The notes below the pieces were generated by a model that saw nothing but the letters and a program-made list of their open reading frames with translations, did no database searches and was not told the DNA's origin. A stretch of DNA of 56,404 nt, filler included, from Dugesia japonica (Eukaryota): assembly GCA_001938525.1 (NCBI GenBank). It is 3 parts of 3 records of this genome, joined end to end, with 100 filler letters (N's around TTAATTAATTAA, not from the genome) between each part and the next. Parts side by side here need not be neighbours in the genome. Positions count along the whole stretch, not along the records: positions 1 to 30,317 come from MQRL01596848.1; 2 more parts are not named here. One strand, 5' to 3'. How positions within the stretch are numbered: position 1 is the stretch's first letter; the number at the start of each line of letters is the position of its first letter. The position numbers and the translations under genes are program-made. Of the stretch, positions 14,001-27,800 are shown piece after piece.

Positions 14001-17000
14001 ATACAACACTATTGTTCATGGTAAATAACCTTGGAGTAACGGATTTAGCTGTTAAATTGAAAACTGCAGTGGTGATATGAATAAAAAAACGACAAACAAA
14101 CTTTTCCTAGCTTGCTGCGATATCTGCACAAAGATAATCAACGATACGAGAATTTGGATCCAGCACTGTCATTTGATCACCTTAGCAAATCAGCCATTGT
14201 AAATGCCATAGTTTGACTGAATGAGCGGCTCAATTAGCAAGCAGGCAAGCTTCTCCATTTGACCAGCGTTTCATCTGATAGCGATTTTGTTGACAGCACT
14301 GCAAACTTGACATTGAAGGAAAAGCTTGGCATGGCAATTTTGAATGATAAGTGTAAAAATAAGGGAAGATTGAACGTTTCAAAAGATTTATCAAAAACAA
14401 TCCGCAAGGAGATTGCAGTTTTTGAAGAAGCAGGAACTCGTGGATAATATTTGCGAAACTCTTACGAATACTTAAAAACTGTAAAGCCAACAAGTGTCGA
14501 ATCGGAACGTGGTTTTTCTGCAAGTGGCAACATTGTCACCAAATTACGATCATCTCTTGGTGATGACACTCTGAATGACCTTTGTTTCTTACGGGCATAT
14601 TTTACAAACGAGAAAAAAGCGTAAAATTATTAAAAATCTGTAATGTTGATATAAAATAAAAAGGTTTATTGAATCACTGTAAATTTTTACTATTTATTTG
14701 AGATAATAACCAAGTTATAATTTTTTAAGTTTCAATACCGGTGTTATACCGGTATTACCGGTATTGAAATTTTTCAGTACCGAAATACAGGTATTAAAAA
14801 TATGCAATTGCAATTATTGCGAGAATAATTGTTGGACTTAACAATTGATCGTTTTATATTAAATGAATTAAAAATATAGCCGGTATGGGATGCACTATTT
14901 TAAACCGAATACCTTTTACTTGTTATTGTAATTTGAGCTGTTTATATTGCTTTTGTAATATTGTAGAATCATCTTGTATATTTTATACATATGATTCACA
15001 AAAATATACTTCGATATCGGGCTATTAAAATTAAAATTAAAAAAGTCGACTTAACAACCATTCAAACATATTTTATAATTAATTGAGTAAGAATATTACA
15101 TGATAAGAGTAAACTAATTGCATAGTAAAGGAAATCTATTATTTTAAATTACCATTTAACTAAATTTGATTATATATTTTAATGGAATAATTTTAGATGG
15201 TACAGTACCAGTTTATCCAAGTATAAATTTTTTTATTTATTTATTTTTCATTAATAAAATAATCATTCAAATTAGTGCAAGATAAAAACAAAGTATTTAC
15301 GATTCCAAGTAATAATTAATATTCTTAAGTTCTAATTTCTTTTTAGAGATTTACATGGATAACTTCATTATAATTTATTTTATAATTTAGACTCACCATT
15401 ACTACACATAGCAAGTTCGATTTTAATTAGATTAAACTAATTAATTTTTGATTTAAAAAAACACCTCCTATTTAATGTTTAAAAATTGATATAGTATAAA
15501 AAGTGATACTCTAATTGGTAATTTTCATTTACTTTGTGATCATTAAAATAAAATAAAATATACATTTTTAATCTCTAGAAATTTATATTTTACTGAAATA
15601 TTCTTAAATTATTAATGTTTTTTTTCTCTAAGATGGATTTAAATATTCAAATAACTAGTTTTCTTCATAAAAACTATAAAAGTAAATTTTCACGAGAATC
15701 ATGAAATTACAGCGTAATTGTGTTTTTACGCTTTAATTAAAAAAACGTAATTAGAAAATTTAATTATTCAGAAATTAAATTTTCCATTGTAATTCAGATC
15801 AAGTAGCACCAGCAATACCTGTGGTGAAAAGTATAATTTTTGTAAATATTTTTTATAGAAATTAAATAATTAATCTTTTAGATTGTAAATTCAATCATAC
15901 AATAAATTATGAAAGTATAAAATTATTATTTCATTATTATATTAACATATTTATTCGTTTGAATATAATTTATTTATCCTAAACTTATACACAAATGCAC
16001 TGTAACATTATAAAAAAACTCCATTTTATGTAGTTAAATTTTAATTTACAAACATTTACTTAAGAATTCGTAATTATTTTTTTGTTATTTTTATGTTTTG
16101 CAAAAAACTGGCATGTATTGATGAAAACTACTAGCTGATAATAAATACGAACTGATAAAAATTTAATAAGAGAAGTCACATAAACGTGATGCCAGCAGAT
16201 AACTGTTGTTTACCTAAACTTACGAAAACGTGACTCCGTTGGTCAAAGTGCTAATAAATTATAATCGTATTTTTAATTATCAAAAATTTCAATAAATTAC
16301 TCTAAAATATTTTGAAAATATTCATAGTGAACTAAAACTTTTTAATGAAACGTCAATCTTATTAGAAATCAAAAACAAATAATTTTTATTTAAAAATGCT
16401 NNNNNNNNNNNNNNNNNNNNNNNNNNNNNNNNNNNNNNNNNNNNNNNNNNNNNNNNNNNNNNNNNNNNNNNNNNNNNNNNNNNNNNNNNNNNNNNNNNNN
16501 NNNNNNNNNNNNNNNNNNNNNNNNNNNNNNNNNNNNNNNNNNNNNNNNNNNNNNNNNNNNNNNNNNNNNNNNNNNNNNNNNNNNNNNNNNNNNNNNNNNN
16601 NNNNNNNNNNNNNNNNNNNNAATTTTTTAAAGATTATTTATTTAAAATGTTGAAAAAATTAATTAAATTAATATTAATTGTTTAATTAATAATTGTGTTT
16701 GTTTATGTGTGTAAATTAATTTAGTAAATCATGTTTGAAGATTAATACAAATTCTAAGAACATTAAAATTTAATTAAAATATTTGTAAGGAAGCATGTGA
16801 TTTAAAAAGAAGAAAACTAACAACTTAAATTTGTTAACTGAAAAAATATAGAAAAATTAACGTAACGACTAGAGGAATTTAAATTTTATAGATAATAGGG
16901 AACAGGTAAGAGTTTAAGTGAAATTGGAAAATAAAAATTAAAAATACAGATTTCAAAACGAAATTTGGTGAGGTTTATAAAAAAAGTATTGATTGAATTA

Positions 17001-18597
17001 TTAAATTTATTTAAGTTAAATATGAAAATATAAGTAAATAAGTAAATTTACTTATATTTTAAAATAAGTAAATTAATAATCCACGACAATTTAATACAGT
17101 AGAACAGTGTTGTCCAAACTTTGTGTCGTGAAGAAGTTTTTTTGGGGCTGACAGAAAACAAGCAAATCGAGAGCGTTTACAGAATATAGATGAAGAAATG
17201 CGAATATGTTTATTAACCGTATAGAAATAATTAGTTCAGAAAAACTGTCTCATATTTCACACAAATATTATTTTTGTACGTTCAGTGCAGTGTGTTTGAA
17301 ATAATAACGATGAAATACCAAAATTAATTTTGTAATAAAAAATGTTCTTTTTCGGAAAAAATTGTATTTTCTTTAATTTTTTCAACGGTCTTACACAGAA
17401 AATTTTATTTAAAAAAAATCGTGTCACGTAAAGAAAACGATAGGACAACAATGCAGTAGAATGATTAAAATTTTATTAGATATATTAGTAAATATCATTC
17501 CATTGAAATCAGTCTGGATGGCGCTTGACAATAAATCTATGTATCTTTAAGTTTTAAATAGAGTAAGACTCAAATTTATCACGTTTCATATAAATTCTAT
17601 ATTCAAGAGCAAAAAATAGTTTTAATTGAGTTTTAATTTATCAAAGATGTATAAGATTTTGTGGATTAAAAAAAATTAATATTTAATAGTAAATTAAAAA
17701 ATTATTTAAACAAATTATTATGTTTATTGAAAATTAAATAATATTTAATTATGAAATTATAAAATTCAGTTCAACTTATTCCAATATTAATAAATTAATT
17801 TTTTTTTAGTAAAAAATGTCAATGAAAAAAAAAATGAACAACTATATATGAATTAATAGAGAAAATATCCATATTATAAATTGCAATTGAATATCCTGGA
17901 TCATATTTTTTATATTCTTTCTTTGAGAAATTAATTATTTGTATAAATTTATATAATTGTATCATATTCAAATTCGAACATAATTGCAAAGATAAATTGC
18001 ACACTGAAACATTTATAATTTTTTCTTCAAATATTTCATCAAAAAACATTCAGTTTTATTATTTTTTTTAATTTATTTGATTTTTATAATTTTAGACAAA
18101 TTAGTCGGTCTAGGTAAGTTAGTAATTCATTAAAGGTTTTTCAAATTAATAATTATTAATAAATTAATAATTGAAGTTAAATTAAATTGAAAACTTTTAC
18201 TAAAACAATAATTATTTTATAAATTATAAAAATATGTTTGATAACATATAAATTATAATATTGTCATATGTGAAATACTAATTACAAAAATGATGTTCAA
18301 TTCTCCTGGAAAATATGTTTACATTCTGCACAGTAAAATATGTAGTAACGGAAACTACTAAAAATATTAACTACAACATTCATATTTATTTACAATTAAT
18401 ATTTATATTAATCAAGTGAGACATATGCAGATTTATTGGAGAAAATTTTTTATATATATTATGAAGTGGATGAATTTTATTAAAATATATCACATGTGGT
18501 ATAGAAATATCGATATTGAACTATTTAGAAAAACGTGCAAAACATTAGAAATCCAAACGCACAAAGCCATATTTAAAAATTACTTGAAACATCACTA

Positions 18598-18665
<68 letters not shown>

Positions 18666-18764
18666 NNNNNNNNNNNNNNNNNNNNNNNNNNNNNNNNNNN
18701 NNNNNNNNNNNNNNNNNNNNNNNNNNNNNNNNNNNNNNNNNNNNNNNNNNNNNNNNNNNNNNNN

Positions 18765-18837
<73 letters not shown>

Positions 18838-21800
18838 GAAATATTTAAAATTATAGCAATTTACAACAAATTCTTCAATTCTTAATTACCAATAATTTTA
18901 TTTGGTTAATTAGATTTTAAAAAGAAATGTTTATATTTTTGAATGTTAATATAGCTATATCGAAAAACGTGATCGTTTTAAAATTTTAAAATATTTGAAA
19001 TTAAATGTATTTGTTTAATTAATTCAAAAGATAAACATAACTTTAAATCTGTTTTATAAAATAATAATCGCTGTAAAATATTTTTTGTACATAGCAGCTA
19101 CCAGCTTTAATAATTTCCTTCATTGTTTCAATAGATGCATCCAATGCTTTACCCATACGAATATTTAGGAATTTTGGTAGCTCACTATTCTGAAATGTTC
19201 TTGTTTCATCAATATGTTTAAAATCTGTACGACTTCTATCCAGTATTTTAAAAAGATAATTATCACAAATATTTATGTCTGGTGAATAGGGAGGTTGACG
19301 AAGAAGTTTGACGCTTTTAGAGTCAAAGAATTCAATAGAATCGCGAATAATCTGATCGGCTTTGGTTATGTATAAGATACATATTTTGTGGGAGAAAACT
19401 TTGATGTTTTTTGAAGAAAGTTAATGAGATTTTGAAGAAATTGTATCTAAGCACTTATCGTTTCATTCCGTTCTATTATTTCAAAGTAATAGTACCACGT
19501 TTTGAAATAGAAATAATGACTGTAAGATAATTTTAGAAAGCAGATTTCAATTTTTTGTGTTTTGCGCGAAATTTATTGAAATCAGTTTTGTTAAATATTT
19601 AAATTTGTAATATAAAATAATTTATAATTAGTTAAATTATCATTTTCATTATTTATAAAAACAACTAAATATGTATTGAACTTATGGCAATTTGTTAATG
19701 TTAAATGAGTTTTGAGAATTTATTTCAAATAAAAACTATAAACATAAATTTGCTTTTTTCAAACAAATTTAAAAATTCATATTTAAAAGCGAAAAATACT
19801 AAATATCAGCAGTTGTTAAAATTTTTAATTTTAAAGATTTATTATCAAATTTTAAAATACCCATTTTATTTATTTACTTTTATATTTTTTTCTATTAGAA
19901 ATATTTTTTAAATTTTGAAGCTTTATTATCAAATTTCAAAATACACTAAAAATATTAATTATATTTATTTACTTTTATATTTTATTCTTCTGATATAAAT
20001 TTTAAATACAAATTTGACTTTAATAAATTTCGCCTTAAAACACAAAAAATTTAAATCTGTTTTAAAACTATCTTATAGTTAATATTCTTAAAATTTTCAA
20101 ATTTCGGTTTGTCAACAAAATATATTTTTTAATGTATTTTTAATTATTAAAATTTTAGATAAAATAAGAGATTTAAAATTTTAAATAGAATAAACTAATG
20201 TCAATGAAATGCTTTTTTACTGTATTTTAAAATTTGACGTTAATAAAATTTTAAATTTGAATATTTTACAAAATGCTGATATTTGATATTTTTCGCTTTG
20301 AATATGAATTTGTAAATTTGTTTGAAAAAAGCAAATTTATATTTATAGTTTTGTTTGTGAATAAATTTTCTATGGAATTGAGTTTTGATATTAATAATCC
20401 GATAAGTACTTCAAACTCATCTAACAATGTCTATGTACTTCTTTTCCATCGTTGATCTGACATGAGTCTGAGAAGGACCATATCAACTAGCAACAGCTTC
20501 TTCGGTTAAGCAAGTACCAATTTTGTTATTTGCTTTAATTCTTCGGCAATAAAAAACCTTTTCGTCAACAGTTACAAGGCTTAGTCTACCCAACTTTTTT
20601 TTGTAATAAATCAATTATTTAATTACATCGATCAAGATATTTTATCTTTTGTGCATTCCATAATAATCTGAAATTAATTTATAAAACATAGATTTAAAGT
20701 TACGTTTACCTATTCAATTAATTAAACACAATTTTAATTTGAAATATTTAAAATTTAAAAACGATCATTTTTTCGATATAGCCCATATCTCTACAATATT
20801 GTGCAATTAATATAATAAAAATTCATTAGACATAAATGTTATTACACCTATGCCCCGATTTACATAGTACTTTCTTTTACAAGATTTCGTTTTTACATAA
20901 TTTTCCAAATAACAATTTTCAAATAAACTAGTAAAAATGAAGATTTCAACTGCGAATAAATTTCTACAATAGTTTTTAAATCCGTGATTTACCATTTTGT
21001 ATGCACAATAATACTTCCTACGTATTCAAGTAAATTATTGCAATAAATTTAAAGCAATAGAAAATTATACATAATTGTGTTTTATTTAATAATAATTCTT
21101 TAAAACTTCATACTTACTAGTTAGTGATAAGCGATGATATTTTTTCTAGCAGTTTTTTAAGTTAATAAAAGCTTTTGGATTTTTCATGCCAAAAAAATTT
21201 AAAAAGTAGAAATGAAAAGAAACAAAAATTAAAATTTCAGACCGTCNNNNNNNNNNNNNNNNNNNNNNNNNNNNNNNNNNNNNNNNNNNNNNNNNNNNNN
21301 NNNNNNNNNNNNNNNNNAAGACTGCATTAGAAAAAGTGTAGCAGCTGAATATTGTACTTCATATATAAGAGATGTCACAATGAGAAATATGGAAAGGCAT
21401 TAATAATATGACTAGAATACCAAACTCAAAAGCGAATTTCAATTTATACTAATGTCTTTAAAAATAAAGCTTTGAGGATGTATGAAACAATTGCCATCTA
21501 CTTCTTCGAATAAAAAAAACCTGTCTTTTCCAGCCAGTCATAGTTGATTTGAAAGATTCAAACAACGATATACTTTACATAATCTAAGACTGAAAAGTGA
21601 GCTAATATCGGTTCAAATTATCGCTATCGATTCCTACACTTCAGATCAGGTCATCAATGCTGACAGAACGACGTTATTTCGGAAAAATGGCAGAACAATT
21701 TGATTAAAGCTGAATAATCGGTAGGTGGTCATCACGCAGCAAATAGTTGAGTAACAATTCTTTTCAGGTGATCGTATAAAGAAACTATTATTTATTAACA

Positions 21801-24800
21801 AATCAAAATTTTCCCGCTCGTTTAAATAAAAAAATATCAATAACCTTCATGTTTATTTGATGGCTAATAAAAAAGCATGGATTATTGCCACACTATTAAT
21901 GAATGGTCTAATACTTTTTTTGTCCTAAACTATAAAGATATTTAAGTAGAAATTAACCAGATCATCCTCAGGACTTACAACACAAAAATGTAACACTTGT
22001 ATTTCTACGCAAGAATATGACTTCTTTGTTGCAGCCGTTAAATCAAAGAATAATTTACACTTTAAGACAATGTACATCAAGCAAACCTTCAAGTATATTT
22101 TAGAAAAAATGAAAATGGTGAATCTCTTACAATTATAGATGGTTGGAAAAAATTTACAATCTTTAATTGCTTGAAGCATGTCAGCGTGTCTTATACTGAG
22201 ATGAAGAAATCAACGCACCATGCCTGTTGGAAAAAGGTACAGGCAGCTGACGGTTCAAGTTTAGTATTGGAGCAATTTTATTCTCATGTAATTAAGTTGG
22301 CACATACAATATGAAGTGAAAGTTTTGAGGACTGTGCTGAGAAAGATATTATAGAACTAATGGCTAACAAAGAACTAGATAGAGATGACTTAATTAACAT
22401 GATTAGCAAAACAAAGAATCGTCAAAGTGATACTGTTGAAGAGGAACTTAAACCAGTTGAGTTCATATCAAAAACCATCAGTAAAAAACCTGAATTAGGG
22501 CTAAAATTGGGTTATCATTTTGCACAAAATGACAGTAATGTTTCAAGTTTCATTTTATTTTTATTTTCACAGAAATTTCTTGAGTTAGTTTCTAAAATCA
22601 ATTAATAATTTATGTAATTAATTTATTAATTATTAATTATGTCAACAATTTTCTGGCAATTTTTAACCCCCCTTCTCTCTTGTCAAAGTTTCAGTGACCT
22701 TTTTTACGCCATTCTCCCTTTTCAGTTTCGCTCTAATTTGATTCGATGGGGCGATGCAAACATTAGTGATTTTGAAAGGATTACTATTTTGGAAATCATT
22801 TTTCTTTCTGTTTTAGAGTTCTTTCTTGACCAATACCTTGTCTCCGATTTTGAAATCACGTTGGTCTCGTTTATCATTTTTGAAACTGGCCATTCTATTA
22901 GCAGTAATCTATAAATTCTTTCTGACTTTCTTTGTAATTTTGGAATCTAATAAAATTTGGTGATTCATTTCTGAATGTTGGTGTATCTTGTAACCAAATA
23001 CGGTTTCACAAGTCGAGAATCTCGTCCAATTTTGTTAAGCTGCGTTAATACTAAACTCAATTCTCGGAAGTAAGTCATGCTAGTTTTCTCTTCACAACAT
23101 CNTTTTAAAGAATCAATGATCATGTCACGGATGGTTCTCATCACTCTTTCTACTAGACCGTTGGACTGATGTTGGTACGGATAACTAAATTCATGTAAGA
23201 CCGCCAAATCTTTCCACTTCTGTTGAAGCCATGTGCTCTCAAAATTTTTTCCACTGTCGGTCAAAATACTTATTTATCTTCCAAATTTATATATCCAGCT
23301 GTTCATAATTATTATGAAAATTGATTGACAATGCATCTTAAACAATTCACTCCAACGAACCAACTTGATAAAGCGATCAATGATAATCAATGCCGTTTCT
23401 TCTCGGAATCAATATTTCTTTTGTACGAGTCGGATCTATTTTTCTTATAGTTCAAACAATACAAGCTTTCAAACATGAGCTGATTGAACTCCACATTGAT
23501 GACCAGAATTTTTCTAGTATTAAAATNNNNNNNNNNNNNNNNNNNNNNNNNNNNNNNNNNNNNNNNNNNNNNNNNNCTTCCAAATTTATATATCCAGCTG
23601 TTCATAATTATTATGAAAATTGATTGACAATGCATCTTAAACAATTCACTCCAACGAACCAACTTGATAAAGCGATCAATGATAATCAATGCCGTTTCTT
23701 CTCGGAATCAATATTTCTTTTGTACGAGTCNGATCTATTTTTCTTATAGTNCAAACAATNCAAGCTTTCAAACATGAGCTGATTGAACTCCACATTGATG
23801 ACCAGAATTTTTCTAGTATTAAAATAAGAATTTCCATCATCTTTCTTATAACCAGAAAATTGTTTGCTACATTAAGACTATCTTATCAGTGCGTGTAATG
23901 AATAATTTTCTATATAGATATTATTTAAAATATAAAACAAATTTGTATAAGGTTAACAATTCCTTTCTTGTCAAACAGTATCCTAGTTCATGAGTGGACA
24001 AATGCCCGCATCCATTTACAAAAACAACCTTAGTACCATTCTCTCTCATTTGATATAGTACTGTTTTTATGGCTCCAAAATTAGTATCTGTATTCAGCAC
24101 AAAAACTCAATCCTTCCTAGGAAAGTCGAATATTAGTGCATTGCATAATTCTTTAGATTTAATAACTTTGCTGACACCGATTGGTCTATTGCAAAACTTT
24201 GCATAATAATGCTGCAATTTCTTCATATCCGTGAATAAATTTTCGATAATAGTTTGTTAATCCCAAGAAAGAACGCAGGTGAGAAACACAAATAGGAGAC
24301 TCTGCTTTAAAAATTTCTTCAATTTTGTTTTTTTTGTTTTTACTCCTTCAACACTCACTGTGTGTCCCAGAAAAATTAATTCTCGTTGATGAAATTTACA
24401 TTTTCCCAGATTTATCTTTAATTGAGCACTACTAATTTATGGACAATCTTACTCCAATATATGGAGAGCTATAAACCATAATATCTTCAAGATAAACCAG
24501 TACACTGTTGAAAAAAAGGCCTTTTAGTAGTTCATGTATTAGTTTCTGAAACGTTGTTGCTGTTGTCAATCTAGTAGGCAAATGAATGAAACAAAACTGA
24601 CCTTGTTTGATACCAAAATCTGGAACCAACCTTTACTTTTCTGACAGCTCCACTTGATAAAACGCTTGACCCAAATCTATTGTTGAAAAATGTTTGGAAT
24701 TAGTCAAACAGTCAAATAGCATCTGCATCTTTTGCATAGGAAATGTAAACTTCTCAAACTACTTGAAAATAATTTAGGACCTACAACTTTTCTCTATGTT

Positions 24801-27800
24801 TCTTCATTCAAATTATTCATGGGAACCATTTATTATTCTGGTTCTTTGTAAATACATATCACTGACATTCTTCAGGACTTCAATGTTGTCTCCAGAAGTG
24901 GGCATGACAGAAAAAGATTATCATGTTTCGCACAAATCAAACATTTGTTTTTCAATGAACAGTGCATTCTCAGATGGTTTCCTCCGCGACATCAAAATCA
25001 CTGACCAAATTGAAGAAATTCATCTTTACTATCTAAAAAATCTCTACATTTATTATATATTCGTCTAGCTATGTGTTTCATGGAATACAGTGAGATATCT
25101 CTCCGTCTGGACTCAAGATGATGTATGGGTGCAGCCTTTTGTTCATTTTGCATTTTAAAATCCCCAATGTTAAGGTGATCATTATATGATTGTGAGTGTT
25201 CAAAAATGAATCGCTGGTTCATTCAATCTTAACCAAAATTTCTTTGTGGTTTTTGTCTATGATCTTCCGATTGGGATAGCTTTTCTGTACCATGTATGCA
25301 CAACTGTATTGGTACACTGTGTTTACCTGAAATTCATCCTTTTTAGCTTCTGATCACGTTTTCATAAAGTTTATCCAAACTGCGAATATCTTTTACTTGC
25401 ATATTTGGTTCGGTGATAAGAGCTTCTTTGAGTCCAGCACTTCTAGCGCGTTTTGCAAAATAATCATTGACAATTTCTTGTTTGGACAATCCAAAATCCA
25501 ACACACTAGTTAACAGATTTTAGACTCGAATTTTGAAGTTAGCAAATCTCTCATCATGATTTTGTTTTACGTTTGCAAATTCCATAAAAAGATCTGTGAT
25601 TGATTTCTTTATCATAAAATTTTCTATAAACCACGCACTTGCTTCTTTTTGTTATCGTTTCTTATTTGAAACTTTTTCACAAGGCTGCAGCCTCTTTAGA
25701 AAAAAGCAAATCAAAGACTCGAGTTACGCATAATCATTGATATTAAGCCATTCTTATATATCATTTAACCAATGTTCGGTTTCGTCGTAGTTTCTGACAT
25801 CAAAANNNNNNNNNNNNNNNNNNNNNNNNNNNNNNNNNNNNNNNNNNNNNNNNNNNNNNNNNNTTTTTTCTGATTGATATTTATGACAATATTTTTTTTG
25901 GCTTGGTCGACAGTAAAATCATTCTTACTATTTGATTCACACATTTAGTAATCACACTAAAACTGAAATCTATTTAATAAAATAAAACAGAATTATGTAA
26001 TATATAACTATTACAAAACTATTGTTTAATTTCTGATGCATGCGCTAAAGGCAGAATCACCTTATCGTTGGTAAGAGCTAAATTAGTTAAAAATTTAAAA
26101 TTTTGGGCTGTAGCCAGGCCAATTGGTGTGTATCGTCTCAACAAATCTATTTTCTTCGATTAACTAAATGTATCGTAAAAATTGTTAACGTCAATTTATC
26201 TTTGACAATTTAATTTAATTTTAATATTTTATATATATTTTTCAAGTATTATTAATTTAAAAATGAACAAAATCATAATTAAACTAGAAAATTCACATTC
26301 AAAATGAAACAATAAAACATTAAAAATCAAAATGAAACATCATCAAAAGTTATTGTTTGAAAATATTATACATATTTGAATATATATATATATATATATA
26401 ATGTACAAATTTAGACGACAGAAGTGATAAGAATCATTGAAATAATATTTCCTGAAAACATAAAATATTATAGTTTAATGAAGTAAAACTGTCGAATATT
26501 TTATGTTTATGCTGAAAACAATTTCGTTTTTAATCCCTGTAATATCTGATAGTATTAAATGAAAAATTAGATAGTTAAAGAGCATTATATTTCACTTTAA
26601 ATTCGTTTAAAATCTAATTTTATTGCGATAAAATCTCCAAACTATACTTTTCATAATTATTTGTTGATCAGCAACTGAACGAAAATAATGTTAACAATTT
26701 CGGACATTTTAATCTATATGTTGAGCATAATTGCTTTTCTCAAACTTATGATTAATTGGATTTTAAATTTTACAAAATATTGAATCAAAATCTAATTGCA
26801 ATATTTTCTGTCTAGTATCATTGAATAAAATTTTTATAAAACATGTACTTCAAATTTATAGTATTCAATTTTTATCTGATATTTTAATAGTTTATTCCTG
26901 ATTTATTTCAAAAAAAATATTATTGTATTGAGTTGAATTTCGACTTTTAAGACTTCAGTAATCAAAACACTCTTTTTTTGTATAAATAAATGTTGCCTGA
27001 AAATAAAGATTTTCCTATTGTAGGGTATGTAACCCCAACTCGTAATAGTCAATAAAAAAAACAAAATTAATAATAAGCAGAAAATATTGACGATATATAT
27101 TTCCTCAAAATAATAAATAATTTACAATAGTTTTAGTTATCACAAATAAATTATGATTCATAATTCACAAAACCTGACTTTATTATTATGAAAATAATAT
27201 ACATAATTTTATATAATTTAAAATAAATTCAATATTCAAAATTGTGAAAAAGTAAAAACTTTTCTAATGGCTACTGTTTTCATTTCATATTTTTAATTTA
27301 TTTTATATTGACTTTTTTATGAATGTTGGAATATATTCACTAAGAAATAGTTTTAATTCAAAAGTTTGAACTTCATTAATTAGAAATATAAACAAATACT
27401 CCACCACAAATGAATTTAGATGAAGTTACAATGACACTTTTCGAAGTTAAATTTTTATAAAATGATTTAATGAAATACATTGACTACACTTCGCAAATAT
27501 TTGTCTTCATGTCATCAGTCAATATAACGAAAGGTTTTATTAAAACTGCAATTCTCGCTAATAAAACTTAATTTGGAATTATTGAAACGTGAAATAGTCG
27601 CTGATAATTGTCAATTTTAGTATTACTACCACAAAATTTATGGACAAATCTTAAAGTATTGTTTTTCATATTAACTTGTAATTTAATTAAAGAAATTTTA
27701 ATGTTTTTCTAAGTTTATTTTCTACATTACTAAACAAGAAAAACATTCAACATTTGTAAGAATGAGATAAATTGTCTGAGATTATTAGACCTATAATATT

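Noticed and set aside
13612-14019. 135-aa minus-strand ORF and other antisense ORFs over TE coding regions
   Set aside because: Shadow frames of hAT, Gypsy or Penelope coding sequence
16396-16653. ORF-track entries made mostly of X
   Set aside because: Artefacts of translating through N gaps
16892-16905. AG...GTAAGA-flanked segment resembling a micro-exon
   Set aside because: 14 nt, not a multiple of 3; similar non-3n or stop-containing candidates (5189-5192, 15633-15657, 28141-28165, 28478-28494, 26672-26689) were also excluded and are listed to show the background rate
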